Origin: the human T2T-CHM13v2.0 reference genome, Homo sapiens
Strand: one strand, 5' to 3'
Assembly: GCF_009914755.1 (NCBI RefSeq)
Contig: NC_060933.1
Length of the DNA: 64,000 bases
In this document: positions 17,168 through 32,308 of the stretch, one piece after another
Layout of the letters: each line of letters opens with the position of its first letter
How positions within the stretch are numbered: the first letter of the stretch is position 1
Position numbers and translations under genes: made by a program
The notes under the pieces: model-generated
What the model was told of the DNA's origin: nothing
Databases searched by the model: none
The model's input: only the letters and a program-made list of their open reading frames with translations

Positions 17168-17781
17168 TGTTACCCGAAAGGGGTCCCGATCCAGACCCCA
17201 AAAAAGGGTTCTTGGACCTTGTGCAAGAAACAAATTGGGACAAGTCCAGAAAGTGAAAGCAAGTTTATTAAGAAAGTAAAGGAATGAAAGAATGGCTACT
17301 CCAGAGGCAGAGCAGCAGCATGGGCTGCTCAGATAAATATAGTTATTTCTTTATTATATGCTAAACAAGGGGTGGATTATTCATGAGTGTTCCAAGAAAG
17401 GGGCAGGCAATTCCCAGAACTGAGGGTTCCTCCCCACTTTAGACCACATAGCGTAACTTCTGGACGTTGCCATGGCATTTGTAAACTGTCATGGCGCTGG
17501 TGGAAGTGTCTTTTAGCATGCTAATGAATTATAATTAACTTATACTGAGCAATAAGGATGACCAGAGGTCACTCTCATAGCCTTCTTGGTTTTGGTGGGA
17601 TTTGGCCAGCTTCTTTACCGTATCCTGTTTTATCAGCAAGGTATTTGTGACCTGTATCTTGCGCCGACCTCCTGTCTCATCCTGTGACTAAGAATACCTT
17701 AACCTCCTAGGAATGGAGCCCAACAGGTCTCAGCCTCAGTGTTCCCAGCCCCTACGCAAGATGGTTCAAATGCTTCTGATA
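17168..17781 (-). mobile_element. MER41-family (ERV1) solo LTR, MER41B-like
   Basis: Ends tgttacccgaaaggggtcccgatccagacccc ... ggttcaaatgcttctgata match the reverse complement of recalled MER41 termini; ~614 bp. Confidence 0.85.
17390..17419. promoter_or_regulatory. Two GAS (STAT-binding, TTCN3GAA) motifs inside the MER41 LTR
   Basis: TTCCAAGAA at 17390-17398 and TTCCCAGAA at 17411-17419; motif match only, activity untested. Confidence 0.55.
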
Positions 17782-18891
17782 AAGGGACTCATATAGTAGG
17801 AATTCACAATCTGAAATGAGCAATAATATTCTGAATGTAAAGATAGCCTAAATGACATGTTTTAGCCAGTGGCATATAAAATTAGATTTGTCATGAATTG
17901 ATGTCATATGTATAATTTGGGGGAAAGGCCAGCATAGAATAATTGTAAGATAGAATGGAAAATAACTGAGTTTCAAATACTGGCAGGCAAAGAGTAGACA
18001 AGCCATTGTATCTCATGGTAATTCAGAAAGGCATCTGGATATGGAGCCATCTCAGAAGTCATTCACATGACAGAAGAGAAATTAGTAAATATTTCTGAGG
18101 TGGAGACCAGTTGGCAAACACATGGCTTTACTCTTGGTCAAAGGACCTAATTCAGAGGTGATGAGATGACAAACGTTTGGGGGTGATACCTGACACCAAA
18201 GGAAAGCAAGAACTGGAGAAATGGTCATGAGAGTAAAGATGCAAAACTCTAGTGACTGACTAGTAGCAGCAACTTAGAAACCGAGTCAGCAGCTGAAATG
18301 CAAAAAGGAAGCCATCCTAGAAGAAAGCCGGATTAAAGTCGCAGACAGAGCAGGCTGCTCCAACAGCAAAGCCATATATTTTGAGACAGCGATGCGCTGC
18401 CTTTCTTCACAAGGTTTACCCAGCACACCCATCCAAACCATGGCAGACTTGTATTGATGCATTTTCCCCTTCCAAATGGATCCCCTGTGAGAACTCTGGG
18501 AGTATATCAACACAAAGGTTTGATGAGAAAGTGGAGGACTGAGCAAAGCTAACTTACTTTGAACTTCAATACTACTTTAGAGCACAATAAAATATTAAGC
18601 TTTACATCATTCTGCTTCCTTATTGTAGATTACCCATTGTTCAGTCTACTTTGGGATTTCTTCATTGTAGCTTGTTGCAGCACTTCTGTGCGTGTGTGTG
18701 TGTCTTTGCACACACTCATAAAATCTTAGCATGAGAAATAGTTACACCATGTGAATTTAAAAATGAGGAGAACTTAGATAGGAACTTGTTAGTCTGAACT
18801 GCAGCTGCCCCTGTGGAAAACTGGTGTTGCCCTCCCTTTAGTTTTGCTGCAGAAATGGGTGATTTTAAACCTGAAAGTCAAAGTATATTTA

Positions 18892-18970
18892 TTAGCTTGA
18901 TCATATGAAATTGCTGTTTTTGTAGGTCAAGATACTTAGATATCAGCACATTCACGAGGTTCAGCCTTAT
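18892..18970. mobile_element. MADE2-like 80-bp mariner MITE
   Basis: Imperfect palindrome ttagcttgatcatatgaaattgctg ... cagcacattcacgaggttcagcctta with TA flanks. Confidence 0.65.
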
Positions 18971-20334
18971 AGTGCGTGACTGGATTCCACATCCACCCTG
19001 CATTTTGTAATCGAAGGTGAGGAAGCTCACAGGTGTTGAGCACCTTGTACTTGGCCAGGTGTTTGTTAGGGGCTATTTTAGAAACAGCACTCAGTTAGTT
19101 ACTCTTAGCCAGGTGCTGTCTGCACCACATCACGTGATGGTCAAGGACTGATGACCCAGGACATGAATAAGTATCATTCATTCAACATTAAACATGGGAA
19201 AAAAAGACTCATTAATTTAAAAAACACCACTAAAATAAATATTACAACTAGAATTTGAAGGCTATTTATTTCTGTCGGGTTACATCCACTAATAAATGTT
19301 ACAAAGTTAGGATGACATTTAACTTGAGATACAGTTTTGTAGCCGCTGTTGTTGTTTTTTAATCTAATAAGCTCCTTCTGTGCTATACCAAATGACCTCC
19401 CTAGCTGGGACTCCTCCTGACATCCAGGCTGTTCCTTCGCATTTGAAAGCCCATGAAAGTCTTTCTTCTTACCAGTACACTGATGCCCACACATCCCAGC
19501 CACTGCCCTTCACTCTCACATCAAGATAAGGTCTTGATGTTCACTTTCAGGTTTTATATCAGTATACTGAGCTTTAGCGATTGGCTTTCATCCTGGAGAA
19601 ATTTCAATGGGAAAAAGAACTGCATTAAAATCACTACTTATTATTATTTTTTACATTTATTTCAGTTTGTTTTTAATTGAAAAGCCATACGATTCACATA
19701 GTTCAAACCATATCTACATCCATTTTATATTTTTATCCCATTCCCATTACCCAGAGGGAAAAAATGCTATGATTTTTCTTATATGTCCTTCTAGAAATAT
19801 TTCATATTTACATGAGTATATATATATATATACATATATTCATTGTGGGAATTTCAAATGGGAGAATATCTTACCTTATTCTTTGATTTTAGAAAAATAT
19901 CTTGAAGTTCATTCACAGCAAGTATGTTTACCTCATTATTTCTCAAGGCTGCATGCTATTCCAGAGTATAAATGTACCATGACCACTGAAAGAGAACTGT
20001 ACTAACATATTTACCATTATATTCATAAAATGTTAGTTAATCTCTTCATGCACATATGCATATATTACACTATGACTGTGGGATAAATTCCTAGAAGTAG
20101 CATTGCTGCTTAACGTAAACTATACATTGAGAGAAACTGAAAGCATCACTCTTTTTGCATTACCTCCATTCACTACACTGCAAGTTGATCATTTTTTGGA
20201 ACTTTAATTTTATAGATAGTGCCAAATGGTTCTTCAAGAAATCATATTCATAAAAAGGCACCAGTTCCTGAAATTGAATCATCTGAGTTTTACCTTTTCA
20301 TGTGCACACTTGAAACAGACCTAAAACATTCCCA

Positions 20335-20570
20335 GATGTGGTGAGGGGTTGTGAGTAAAGATTCTGCAGCCAGGCCACTTGGGTTCAAATTATTGTGCTA
20401 CCACTAACTAGCTCTATAATTGGGGCAAATAAATAAAGCCTGTCTTTTTGCTTTCCTTGTTTTCATCTGGGAAGAATATTAGTATCTAGCTCATAGAGTT
20501 CTGCGAGGATTTTAATATATACAAAGCACAAAGAATCATGTTTGGTGCACAGTAAGCACTCAAGATACAT
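20335..20570 (+). mobile_element. MIR
   Basis: ttgggttcaaat...ccactaactagct...ttggggcaaat...tggtgcacagtaagcactcaa. Confidence 0.7.
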
Positions 20571-20834
20571 AATGTCTTCATACTTAAATTTGTTCTTAAA
20601 ACTGATTATTTTTAACCTGAGCATTATGCTGAGCAATAATATCCATAATATTGCATGTTTCCATACTATTTAATTTTAAGAGACTTTAAATTTAATGCAT
20701 TAACTATGAAAGTATAGTTGAAAGTAATGTCCTAAGCAACACAGCCTCAGTAAATGTTTTAGTTGTTCTAATAAACTGAGTAGTACCTCACTGCTGTTTT
20801 AATTTGCATTTCTTTAACTTATAAACAAGGTTGA

Positions 20835-21173
<339 letters not shown>

Positions 21174-21662
21174 ATTATCTCATAAATTTATATACTATTT
21201 TTTCTTCATGTGGAATGCTTATCAATCCTTCTCAATTTTACATTGCTTTTCTTAATCTTTATCCATTGATGTGTAAGAGCACTTTACAAAAAAACTGTGT
21301 CATGTATATTAAAATATTATTTCCCATTTATAAATTGATATCTTCTGGTAAGTTTCAAATAATTTCATTTATTAGTCTCTTTAATGTGGTCTTGGTTTTA
21401 CATCTTGCATAGAAATACATGCCCGCTCCCACATTATATATGCAAACCTCTCCCAGAATCTTCTAGAACTGTTTCTGTGGCTACTTTAAAATCTTTAATT
21501 CATCTACAATCTACTTTGACGCAAGGAATAGGGTAATGGTCCAGTTTTATTAATTTTTTCCTGAGGGATACCTAGCTTCCCCAGTACCATTTATTAATTT
21601 TTTTCTTACTAATTTAAAATGCCACATCTTTTATCAGCATATATATTTGAATTTGTTAGTGA

Positions 21663-22029
<367 letters not shown>

Positions 22030-24124
22030 CTAGGTATTTTTCTAATTGGTAAGACTAACTCCTTTTTCAATTTCTTGTTGCCAGTTGTACTGCTTATCCT
22101 TTTATGAAAATTAATTTTTTTAAATTTGATGAATAAAATATGTATGCACTATGTACAACTTGATGTTTTGAAACATGCATACATAATTGAATGAGTACAT
22201 CAAGCTAATTAAATATGCATTACCTCACATACTTATTTTTGTGGTGAGAAAACTAAAAATCTATTCTCAGCAATTTTCAAGAACACAGTACTTTGTTATT
22301 AACTATAGTCACCATTTTGTGCGATAGATTTCTTGAACTTATTCTTCCTACATAACTGAAATTTTGTATCCTTTGACCAACATCTCCCCAACTCCCAAAC
22401 TCGCTAGTCCCTGGTAACAACTATTCCACCTTCTGCTTCTATGGGCTCAACATTTTTAGACTCCACATATAAGCTGGATCCTGTAGTATTGGTCTTTCTG
22501 TGCCTGACTTATTACACCGAACATAATGTCCTCCAGGTTCATCTATGTTCTCACAAATAAATAGGATTTCTTTTATTTTATGGCCAAATAGCATTCCATT
22601 GTGTATGTACACCACATTTTCTTTATCCATTCATCCACAGATGGACACTTCAGTTGATTCCAAATCTTGGCTATTATGAATAATACTGCAATGAACATGG
22701 TTGTACAGATATCTAAAAGACATACTGATTTAATTTCCTTTGGATACATACACAATAGTGGGATTGCTGAATCATTTGGTAATTCTATTTTTGATTTTTT
22801 GAGGAAACTCCCCACTGCTTTCCATAATGGATATACAAATTTACATTGCCACCAACATACAGGGATCCTCTTTTCTTCACATCTTCATCGACACTTGTTA
22901 TCTTTTGTCTTTTTGATAATAACCATTCTAACAAGTACGAGGTGATATCTCATTGTGGTTCTAACTTGCATTTCCCCGATGATTTGTGATATTGAGCATT
23001 TTTTCATATACCTGTTGGCCAGGCATATATCTTTCTTGAGAAATGTCTTTTCAGGTCTTTTGCCCATTTTTAAAAAGCACAGTTATTTGTTTTCTTGCTA
23101 TTGAGATGTTTGAGTTGCCTATGTATTTTAAATATTAACCCTTTATCAGATGTATTGTTTGAAAATATTTCCTCCGATCCCATAGGTTGTCTTTTTACTC
23201 TGCTGATTGTTTCCTATGTGGTGCAGAAAATTAGTTTGAAATAACCTCATCTGTCTAATTTTGCTTTTATTGCCAATGCTTTTGGGGTTGTATCCAGAAA
23301 ATGATTTCCTAGACCAATATCATGGAGCTTTTCCCCTGTGTTTTCTCTTAGTAGTTTCACAGTTATGGGTCATAAGTTTAACTCTTTAATCCATTTTGTG
23401 TTGATTTTTGCATATAGTGTGAGATAAGGGTCTAATTTCATTCTGTTGTGCATGTATATCCCACTTACCCAATACCATTTACTGAAGAAACTAAACTTTC
23501 TTCATTGTGTATTCTTAGCACCTCTGTCAAAAATCAACAGACAATAAATGCCTGGATTTAGTTCTGGGCTCTCTATTGTGTTCCATTGGTCTATGTATGT
23601 GTCTGTTTTTTATGTCAGTACCATGCTATTTTGATTGCTACAGCTTTGTAGTACATTTTGATGTCAGATAGTGTGATACCTCCAGCTTTGTTCTTTACGC
23701 TCAAGATTGCTTTGGTTATTGGAGGTCCTTTGTGGTTACACACAAATTTTAGGATCATTTTCTCTATTTATGTGGAAAATGTCATTAGAATTTTCATAGG
23801 TAATGCACTGAATCTGTAGATCACCTTAGGTATTATGAATATTTTAATATTAATTCTTCCAATCCATGAACATGGGGATATCTTTCGATTCCTGTCATCT
23901 TTAAGTTCTTTCATCAATATTTTATAGTCTACTATAAAATTCTGTAAACCTCAGTGTACAACTCTTTCACTACCTTGGTTAAATTTATTCGTAAGTATCT
24001 TATTGGATTATTTTCTTGATTTCTTTTTCAGACACTTCATTATTAGTATATAGACCACATAACTGATTTTTCTGTTGATGTTGTACTGTAACTTTATTGA
24101 ATTTATTTATTAGTTATTTGGGGT

Positions 24125-24411
24125 TATTTTCTTTTGAGAGTCTTGTTCTGTCATCCAGGCTGGAGTGCAGTGGCACTATCACAGCTCACTGCCGCCTGAA
24201 CCTCCTAGGCTCAAGTGATCCTCCCACCTCAGCCTCCTGAGTATCTGGGACCACAGGCACATGCCACCATGCCCAGCTCGTTGTTTATTTTTTTGTAGAA
24301 ATGGGGGTCTTGCCATGTTGCCCAGGTCTCAAACCACTGGAGTCAAGTGATCTTCCTACTTTGGCCTCCCAAAGTGCTGAGATTACAAGCATAAGCCATC
24401 ATGCCTGGCCT
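24125..24411 (-). mobile_element. AluJ nested in L1
   Basis: Diverged antisense dimer. Confidence 0.88.
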
Positions 24412-25752
24412 GAAATTTATGCATTAGTTCTAATAATTTTTTGTTGAAGTCTTTAGGGCTTTCTATATATAAGATCATGTCATCTGCAAAGAGGGACAAT
24501 TTAAATTCTGTTTTCTTCAAATTTGGATTTTTTTTCTTCTTTTTCTTGTCTAATTGTTCTGGATAGAACTTTCAGTACTGTGTTGAAAGAAGTGGTGATA
24601 GTGGGCATCCTTGTCTTGTTTGGATCTCAGAGGAAGAGTTTTCAACTTTTCACCACTGAATAGGATGTTAGCTGAGGGTTTGTCATATGTGACCCTTATT
24701 TTGTCGAGCTATATTGTCCTCTTTACAACCAATATGTTGAGAGATTTTAGAATAAAAGGTTGTTAGACATTTTGTCAAATGCTTCTGCTGTGTCCATTGA
24801 GATAATCATATGTTTTTTGTCCTTTGTTCTATTAACATGATACGTTACATTTATAGATTTGCCTATATTGGACCATCAATTCATCCCACAGATAAATCTC
24901 ACTTGATTATCATGAATGATCTTTCTAATATGCTGTTGAATTTGGTTTGCTAAAATTTCATAGAGTTTTTGCATTTATGCTCATGAGGATATTGGCCTAT
25001 AATTGTCTTTTTTTGTAGTGTACTTTCTGAGTTTGGTATCAGGGTAATGCTGGTTTTATAAAATGAGTTTGAAAGTATTCCCTTCTCTTCCATTTTTTGG
25101 CAGTGTTTGAGAATAATTAGTATTAGTTCTTTAAATGCCTGGTAAAATTCAGCAGTGAAGCCATCAGGGCCTAGGTCTTTATTTAATTAGAGCTTTTTAC
25201 TACTGATTCAATTTTATTGCTCATTATTGGTTTGCTCAGATTTTCTTTTTTTATGGTTCAGTTTTGGCAGGTTGTATATGTCCAGAAATTTATCCACTTC
25301 TAGGTTGTCCAATTTGTTGAGGTATACTTATTCATAGTAGTCTGTTAAGATCCTTTGTATTTCTGTAATATTGGTTGTAATGTTGCCTCTTTCATTTCTG
25401 ATTTTGAGACTTTTTTCTTAAAGATTTGTCTATTTTGTTTATATGTTATATTTTTATATATATTTATATATTTTTTAAAACCTGACTTTTATGGATTTTT
25501 TTTATTGTTTTTCTAGTCTGTATTTTATTTGTTTCTGCTCTGATCTTTATTATTTCTTTCCTTCTTTAACTTTGAGCTTAGTTTGTTCTTGTTATTCTAG
25601 TTCCTTGGGGTGTAATGTTTGGTTGTTTATTTGATATCTTTCTTCCTTGCTGATGTAGGCCATTATTGCTATAAACTTAGAATTGCTTTTGCTGTATCCC
25701 ATGTGTCTTGATATGGCATGGGTCAATTTTTGTTTGTCTAAAGACATTTTAA

Positions 25753-26133
<381 letters not shown>

Positions 26134-26552
26134 AATTTTCTGAAAATTCCTTCAGTTACTGATTTCTAGAATCATACCATTGTGGTCAGAAAGTATAACT
26201 GATACGATTTCAATCTCCTTAAATTTATTAAGACTTGTTTTGTGGCCTAACATATCATCTATCCTGGAGAATGTTCTCTGTGTGTTTTTGAAAAAGGTGT
26301 CTTCTGCTGCTGTTGGATGCAATGTTCAGTTTATGTCTGGTAGGTCCATTTGGTCTAACATATAGTTTAAGTCTAATTTTTCCTTACTGATTTTCTGTCT
26401 GGATGAGCTGTCTATTGCTGAAAATAGGATATAGAATTTCCCTCCTATTAAGTCCTCCCCTCCCTTCAGATCTGTTAGTATTTGCCTTATATATTCAGAT
26501 ATTCCATCATTTGGTGCACACATATTTACAACTGTTACATTCTCTTGGTTAA

Positions 26553-26865
<313 letters not shown>

Positions 26866-28274
26866 CCCTTTAGCATTACATACTGACTTTGTCCCTTGTG
26901 GCAGTTCTGGACTTAAAATCTATTTTATCTGGTATAAGTACAGCTACTTCTGCTTTTTATTGGTTTCCTTTGCATAGAGTATCTTTTTTCCATCCCTTTG
27001 CTTTCAGTCTATGTGTGTCCTTATAAGTGAAGCGAGCTCCCTGTGTGTAGCACAGAGCTGGGTCTGGTTTTTATAATCCATTAAGTCACACTATGTCTTC
27101 TGATTGAATAGTTTAATTTATTTACATTTAAGGTAATTGTTGCCAGGTAAGAACTGACTACAGTCATTTAGTTCATTCTTTTCTGGCTTTGTTTCCTGAC
27201 TACAGCCATTTAGTTCATTCTTTCTAGCTTTGTTTTCCTTTGTTCCTTCCTTCTCTTTCCATCTTCCTTTGTGATTAGGCAATTTTCTATAGTGGCATGG
27301 TTTGATTCCTTACTTTGTATCTTCTGTATATCTAGTACAGGTTTTTGCTTTGTGGTTACCAGGAGGCTGACATAAAATATCTTATAGTTGCAGCAAGTTT
27401 TTTTTAACTTGAATACAACTTAACCGTGATCACACACAAAAATTCAACATTTTTACCCACCCACACTTTATGTTTTTGATGCTTTTTATATTGTGTAACC
27501 CTTAATGAATTATTGCAGCTTTAACTATTTTTAATAGTTTGTTTTAACCACTGTAATAAATGTTACTTAAAAACTACCACCACAGTTTTAAAATTTGACT
27601 TACTTTTGTACTTACTTTTGACTTAAACTTTTTGTACTTACTTTTACTAGTGAGTTTCAAACTTTCTTATGTTTCTGTGTTACTAATTAACATCCTTTTC
27701 TTTCAGCCCGAAGAACTTCCTTTAGCATTTCTTGTAAGACACTTCTGAGAGTAATGAACTCTTGACTTTGTGTGTGTGTGTCTCTGCAAAAGTCCTTTTC
27801 TCTTTTCCTTCTGTAGAAGAGCTTTGCTGTGTATTCTTGGTTGACAGTTTTTGTTATGTTTTGTTTTTTTCCTTTCAGCACTTGAATATATCATCCTGCT
27901 CTTCCCTGGCCTGTAAGGTTTCTGCTGTGATGTCTGCTTCTAGTATTAATGGAATTCCCTTATATGTGACATGCTTCTTTTGTCTTGATGCTCTTTTGCT
28001 GCAGAATACTCTTTTTGTCCTTGAATTTTCAAAGTTTGATAATAATATGTCTTGGTGTAGTCTTGCTTGGATTGAATCTGATTAGAGACCTTTGACCTTC
28101 CTGTGTATGAAAATGTAAATTTTCCCCCAGATTGATAAAACTTTTTCTGCCTGCCTTCCTGCCTGCCTTTTTTCCTTCCTTCCTGTCTTCCTTTCTTCTT
28201 TGCTCCCTCCCTCCTTCCTTGTTTCTGCTACTGTTTCCTCTCTCTCTATATCTCTTTCTTTACAATAAAAACTG

Positions 28275-28409
28275 GATCTATTAGCCAGGCTGGAGTGCAA
28301 TAGCATGATCATGGCTCACTGCAACCTCAAACTCCTGGGCTCAAGCGACTCTCCCACCTCGGCCTCCCAAAGCGCTGACATTATAGGTATGAGCCATGAC
28401 ACCCAGCCT
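28275..28409 (-). mobile_element. Alu monomer (FLAM/FRAM-like or internally deleted AluJ) preceded by a CT-rich tract
   Basis: ccaggctggagtgcaat...ctcaagcga...cctcccaaagcgctg...gagcca. Confidence 0.75.
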
Positions 28410-28754
28410 ATTGTTTCTTTACTAAACTTTCTAGACCTTTGTCCCTCTATTCTCCTTTTTCAGTGTCCATACTTTTAAGTTTTGTTCTTTTGATGCTTTC
28501 CTGTAAGTTCCATAAGCATTCTTCATTACTTTATATTCTTTTTTCTCCAATTGTATAATTTCACTAAACTGTCTTTGAGTTCAGAGCCTTTCTTCTGCTT
28601 CATTGATTCTGCTGTTGACATTCTCTATTGCAATTTTCATTTAATTCATGCATTTCTCAGCTCCAGAATTTGTTAGTTTTTTGTATAATTTCAATCTTTA
28701 ATTTTCTCATTTTATTCATTTAATGACTTACTAATTTTTGAATTTTTCCTTTTT

Positions 28755-28958
28755 TAGATAAACAGAAATTTATTTGTAACAGTTCTGGAGACTGGGATGC
28801 TCAAGATCAAGGTGGTGGCATCTGTGAAGGCCTTCTTGCTGTGTCATAACAAGGCAGAAGGCATCACATGGGTGAGAGAGAGACAAAAGTAGGGTCCTTT
28901 TATAAGAAACCCACTCCCTCATAACATAAATTTTGAGGGACACATTCAAACCAGAGCA
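28755..28958 (-). mobile_element. MaLR LTR fragment (MST/MLT1A-like)
   Basis: aaacagaaatttattt...cagttctggagactggg...tcaagatcaaggtg...ttttgagggacacattcaaacc. Confidence 0.7.
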
Positions 28959-28977
28959 GTCCCAGTTCCGGATCTCT

Positions 28978-30455
28978 AGTTTTTTCCAACATTTATTTTA
29001 GATTCAGGAGGTACATATGCAGGTTTGTTACCTTGGTATATTGTGTAATGCTGAGGTTGGGGTATGAATGATCCCTTCACCCAGATACTAACTAAACAGT
29101 TAGTTTTTCAACCACTGTCCCACTCCCTCCTTTTCCCTTCCAGTAGTCTCTAGTGTCTATTGTTGCCATCCTTATATCCATGAGTTATCAATGTTTGGCT
29201 TCTACTTACAAGTGCAAACATGCAGTATTTGATTTTCTGTTCCTATGTTAATTCACTTGGGATAATGGCCCCCAACTGCATCATGGTGCTACAAAGGACA
29301 TGATTTCATTATTTTTTATGGCTGCATAGTATTCCATGGTGTATATATATACACCATATTTTCTTTATTCAATCCACTACTGATAAGCACCAAGGTTGAT
29401 TCCATGTCTTTGCTATTGTGAATACTGCCATGATGAACACACAAGTGCATGTGTCTTTTTGGTAGAATGATTAGATTTCTTTTGGATATCTACCCAGTAA
29501 TGGGATTGCTAGGTTGAATGGTAGTTCTCTTTTAAGTTCTTTGAGAAATCTCCAAATTTTTTTCCACAGTTGCTGAACTAATTTACATTCCCACCAACAG
29601 TATGTAAGTGTTCCCTTTTCTCCACAGCCTCACCAGCATTTGTTGTTTTTTGACTTTTTAGTAATAGCCATTCTGACTGGTATGAGATGGTATCTTATTG
29701 TGGGTTTAATTTGCACTGATCTGATGATAAGTGATGTGGAACACTTTCTCATATGTTTATTGGCCATGTTTACGCCTTCTTTTGAGAAATGTTTGTTCAT
29801 ATATTTTGTACATTTTTAAGTGGGGTTGTTTGCTTTTTGCTTGCCTAATTGCTTAAGTTCCTCATAAATTTTGAATATTAAACCTTTGTTGGATGCATAG
29901 TTTGCAAATATTTTCTCCCTTTCTGTACGTTGTCTGTTTACTTTGTTGATAGTTTCTTTTGCTGTGCAGAAGCTCTTTAGTCTAGCCGGATCCCACTTGT
30001 CAATTTTTGTTTTTGCTGCAATTGCTTTTAGGACTTATAAATCCTTTCCCAAGGCCAATGTCCAGAACGGTGTTCCATAGGTTTTCTTCTAGGATTCTTA
30101 CAGTTTGAGGTCTTACATTTAAATATTTGATCCACCTTGAGTTCAGTTTCATATATGGTAAAATGTAGGGTTCTAGCTTCATTCTTCTGCATATGGCTCA
30201 CCAGTGATCTTAACACTATTTATTGAATAGATAGTCCTTTCCCCATTGCTTATGTTTGTTGACTTTGTCAAAGATTAGATGGCTGTAGGTATGCAGCTTT
30301 ATTCCTGGGTTCTCTATTCTGTTCCATTGTTCTATGTGTCTGTTTTAATACCAGTACCAGACTGTTGAGGTTACTGTAACCTTTTAGTTTGAAGTTGGGT
30401 AATGTGATACCTCTGGCTTTGTTCTTTTTGCTTTGGATTGCTTTGGCTATTTTGA
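28978..30455 (-). mobile_element. 5'-truncated L1 (old L1PA/L1PB type), 3' ~1.5 kb
   Basis: Minus ORF MKLEPYILPYMKLNSRWIKYLNVRPQTVRILEENL; L1 3'UTR antisense at 28980-29250. Confidence 0.88.
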
Positions 30456-30945
30456 ATTATTTTTCTATTTTCTTTTAAGTTCACTTAGCTCTTTCGGTGG
30501 TATTTTCAGATGTCAACAGTGGTTCAAATAGATGATTCTGCAGACGAATGTCCTATTTCACCATCTTGCTGGCATCTGTACACTTGCCTTGTTTATTCTT
30601 GAATGAACATTCTTCAAAGTAAAATTTTGAATTACATCATTTTATTATGGGTTAAATTAGAGAGGATTAACATCTTTACATTACTGAGTCTTCATATCCA
30701 TAAATGAGAATTTACACAGATCTCCTTATATACCTCATAGTAATGTTTTAACCTTTCTTTTCCCATGTAGCTTGTACATTTCTTACCCCTCTCCTGCCTG
30801 CCAGTGGTATTTTATGCCTTCTAAATCTATTATAAACAGTATTTGCTTCTTTTCATTTTAACTGATAACTTATACAAAGGGAGGTATTTCTGATTATTAA
30901 ATTAATTTCCAAAAAAAAGTATTAAAAAATGTGAGCTGTTGAATC

Positions 30946-31241
<296 letters not shown>

Positions 31242-31974
31242 AGGTGATTTTCTTATGTGTGTTTTCAAGGATCAAATAATAATAATTTTTACTTGGTTCC
31301 TATTTTTTATGCCTCTTGTTTAGTCTCTTCTCTAATTGAAATACTCTTTGTATCATAGGAAAATAAGGATAGACCCTAGTGAGAAGGGCCTAAAATTCTT
31401 TTTCAGGGTTACAGGAATGAAGGAATAAATAAATCTTTATTGCCACAAAATAAAGGAAACTCCAAACTCAGCCTCTCTGAGACCAAATTATAAAAAAAAG
31501 TCATACATAGAATTTGAGAATATCATAGCACCATTAAGAGGGAAAGAGGAAAGGAGATTATGCGGTTTTGCATTGATAATATACTGTGATGTATAAGTAT
31601 TAAAACATTTTTGTATCTCTGAATAGAAACTTTAGTCAGGCCTCTCTCCTTGAACTCCTAAGATGGAGCCAAACAAAATTTTCTATTTGCTTTCCCTACT
31701 ATTTTTATTTTTCCTTCTAGAAACTCATCAATTTGAATATAGTCAATATGAGTCATTTTATAAGCATCCTTATATATAAATTTAAATTTTATAGTGTTTG
31801 ATACATATTCATGTTCTATTACATGTATCCATATAGATACAATCTTGTTTATGAAAATTGACGTAGTATGCTATAAGTGAACAAAACTATATGAAAGAAT
31901 AACAGACAATACTGCTTGATAGAAAAAGTTTTAAATAATAGAAAAGTGCTGCAACAGAGATAAGAAGAAAAAAT

Positions 31975-32140
31975 ATAACAACAAAGGTCTTATGGGAGCT
32001 TATTATCTGCCAAGCGCAGAGTTAAGCTCATTAAGTGGATAATCTTATTTTTCCTCACACAATTATGCTCATTTTATAAATGAGAAAGCTAGAACTTTGA
32101 GGAGTTAAATCACCCAACTTTATACATAGTTTATAACTGA
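31975..32140 (-). mobile_element. MIR fragment (overlaps the donor of the local duplication)
   Basis: gagcttattatctgccaagc...cattttataaatgagaaagctaga...gagttaaat. Confidence 0.6.
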
Positions 32141-32308
32141 TTCTTGTTCTCAAAGGCAACTCTGTGTGACTGTGAAGCCCCAGCACAGGCTCCCATAAAA
32201 AAGGCATTTCCATTTACTGTAATATTTAAAAATCCACAAAAACTGATTTTTCAAAAGCCTACAGTTGAAAGAAAGTTGCTCAAATATTACCTAAAATAGA
32301 ATAATCAG
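32073..32308 (+). repeat. Donor copy of a dispersed direct repeat (~236 bp)
   Basis: Aligns by eye at roughly 90% or better to 33481-33728. Confidence 0.93.
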
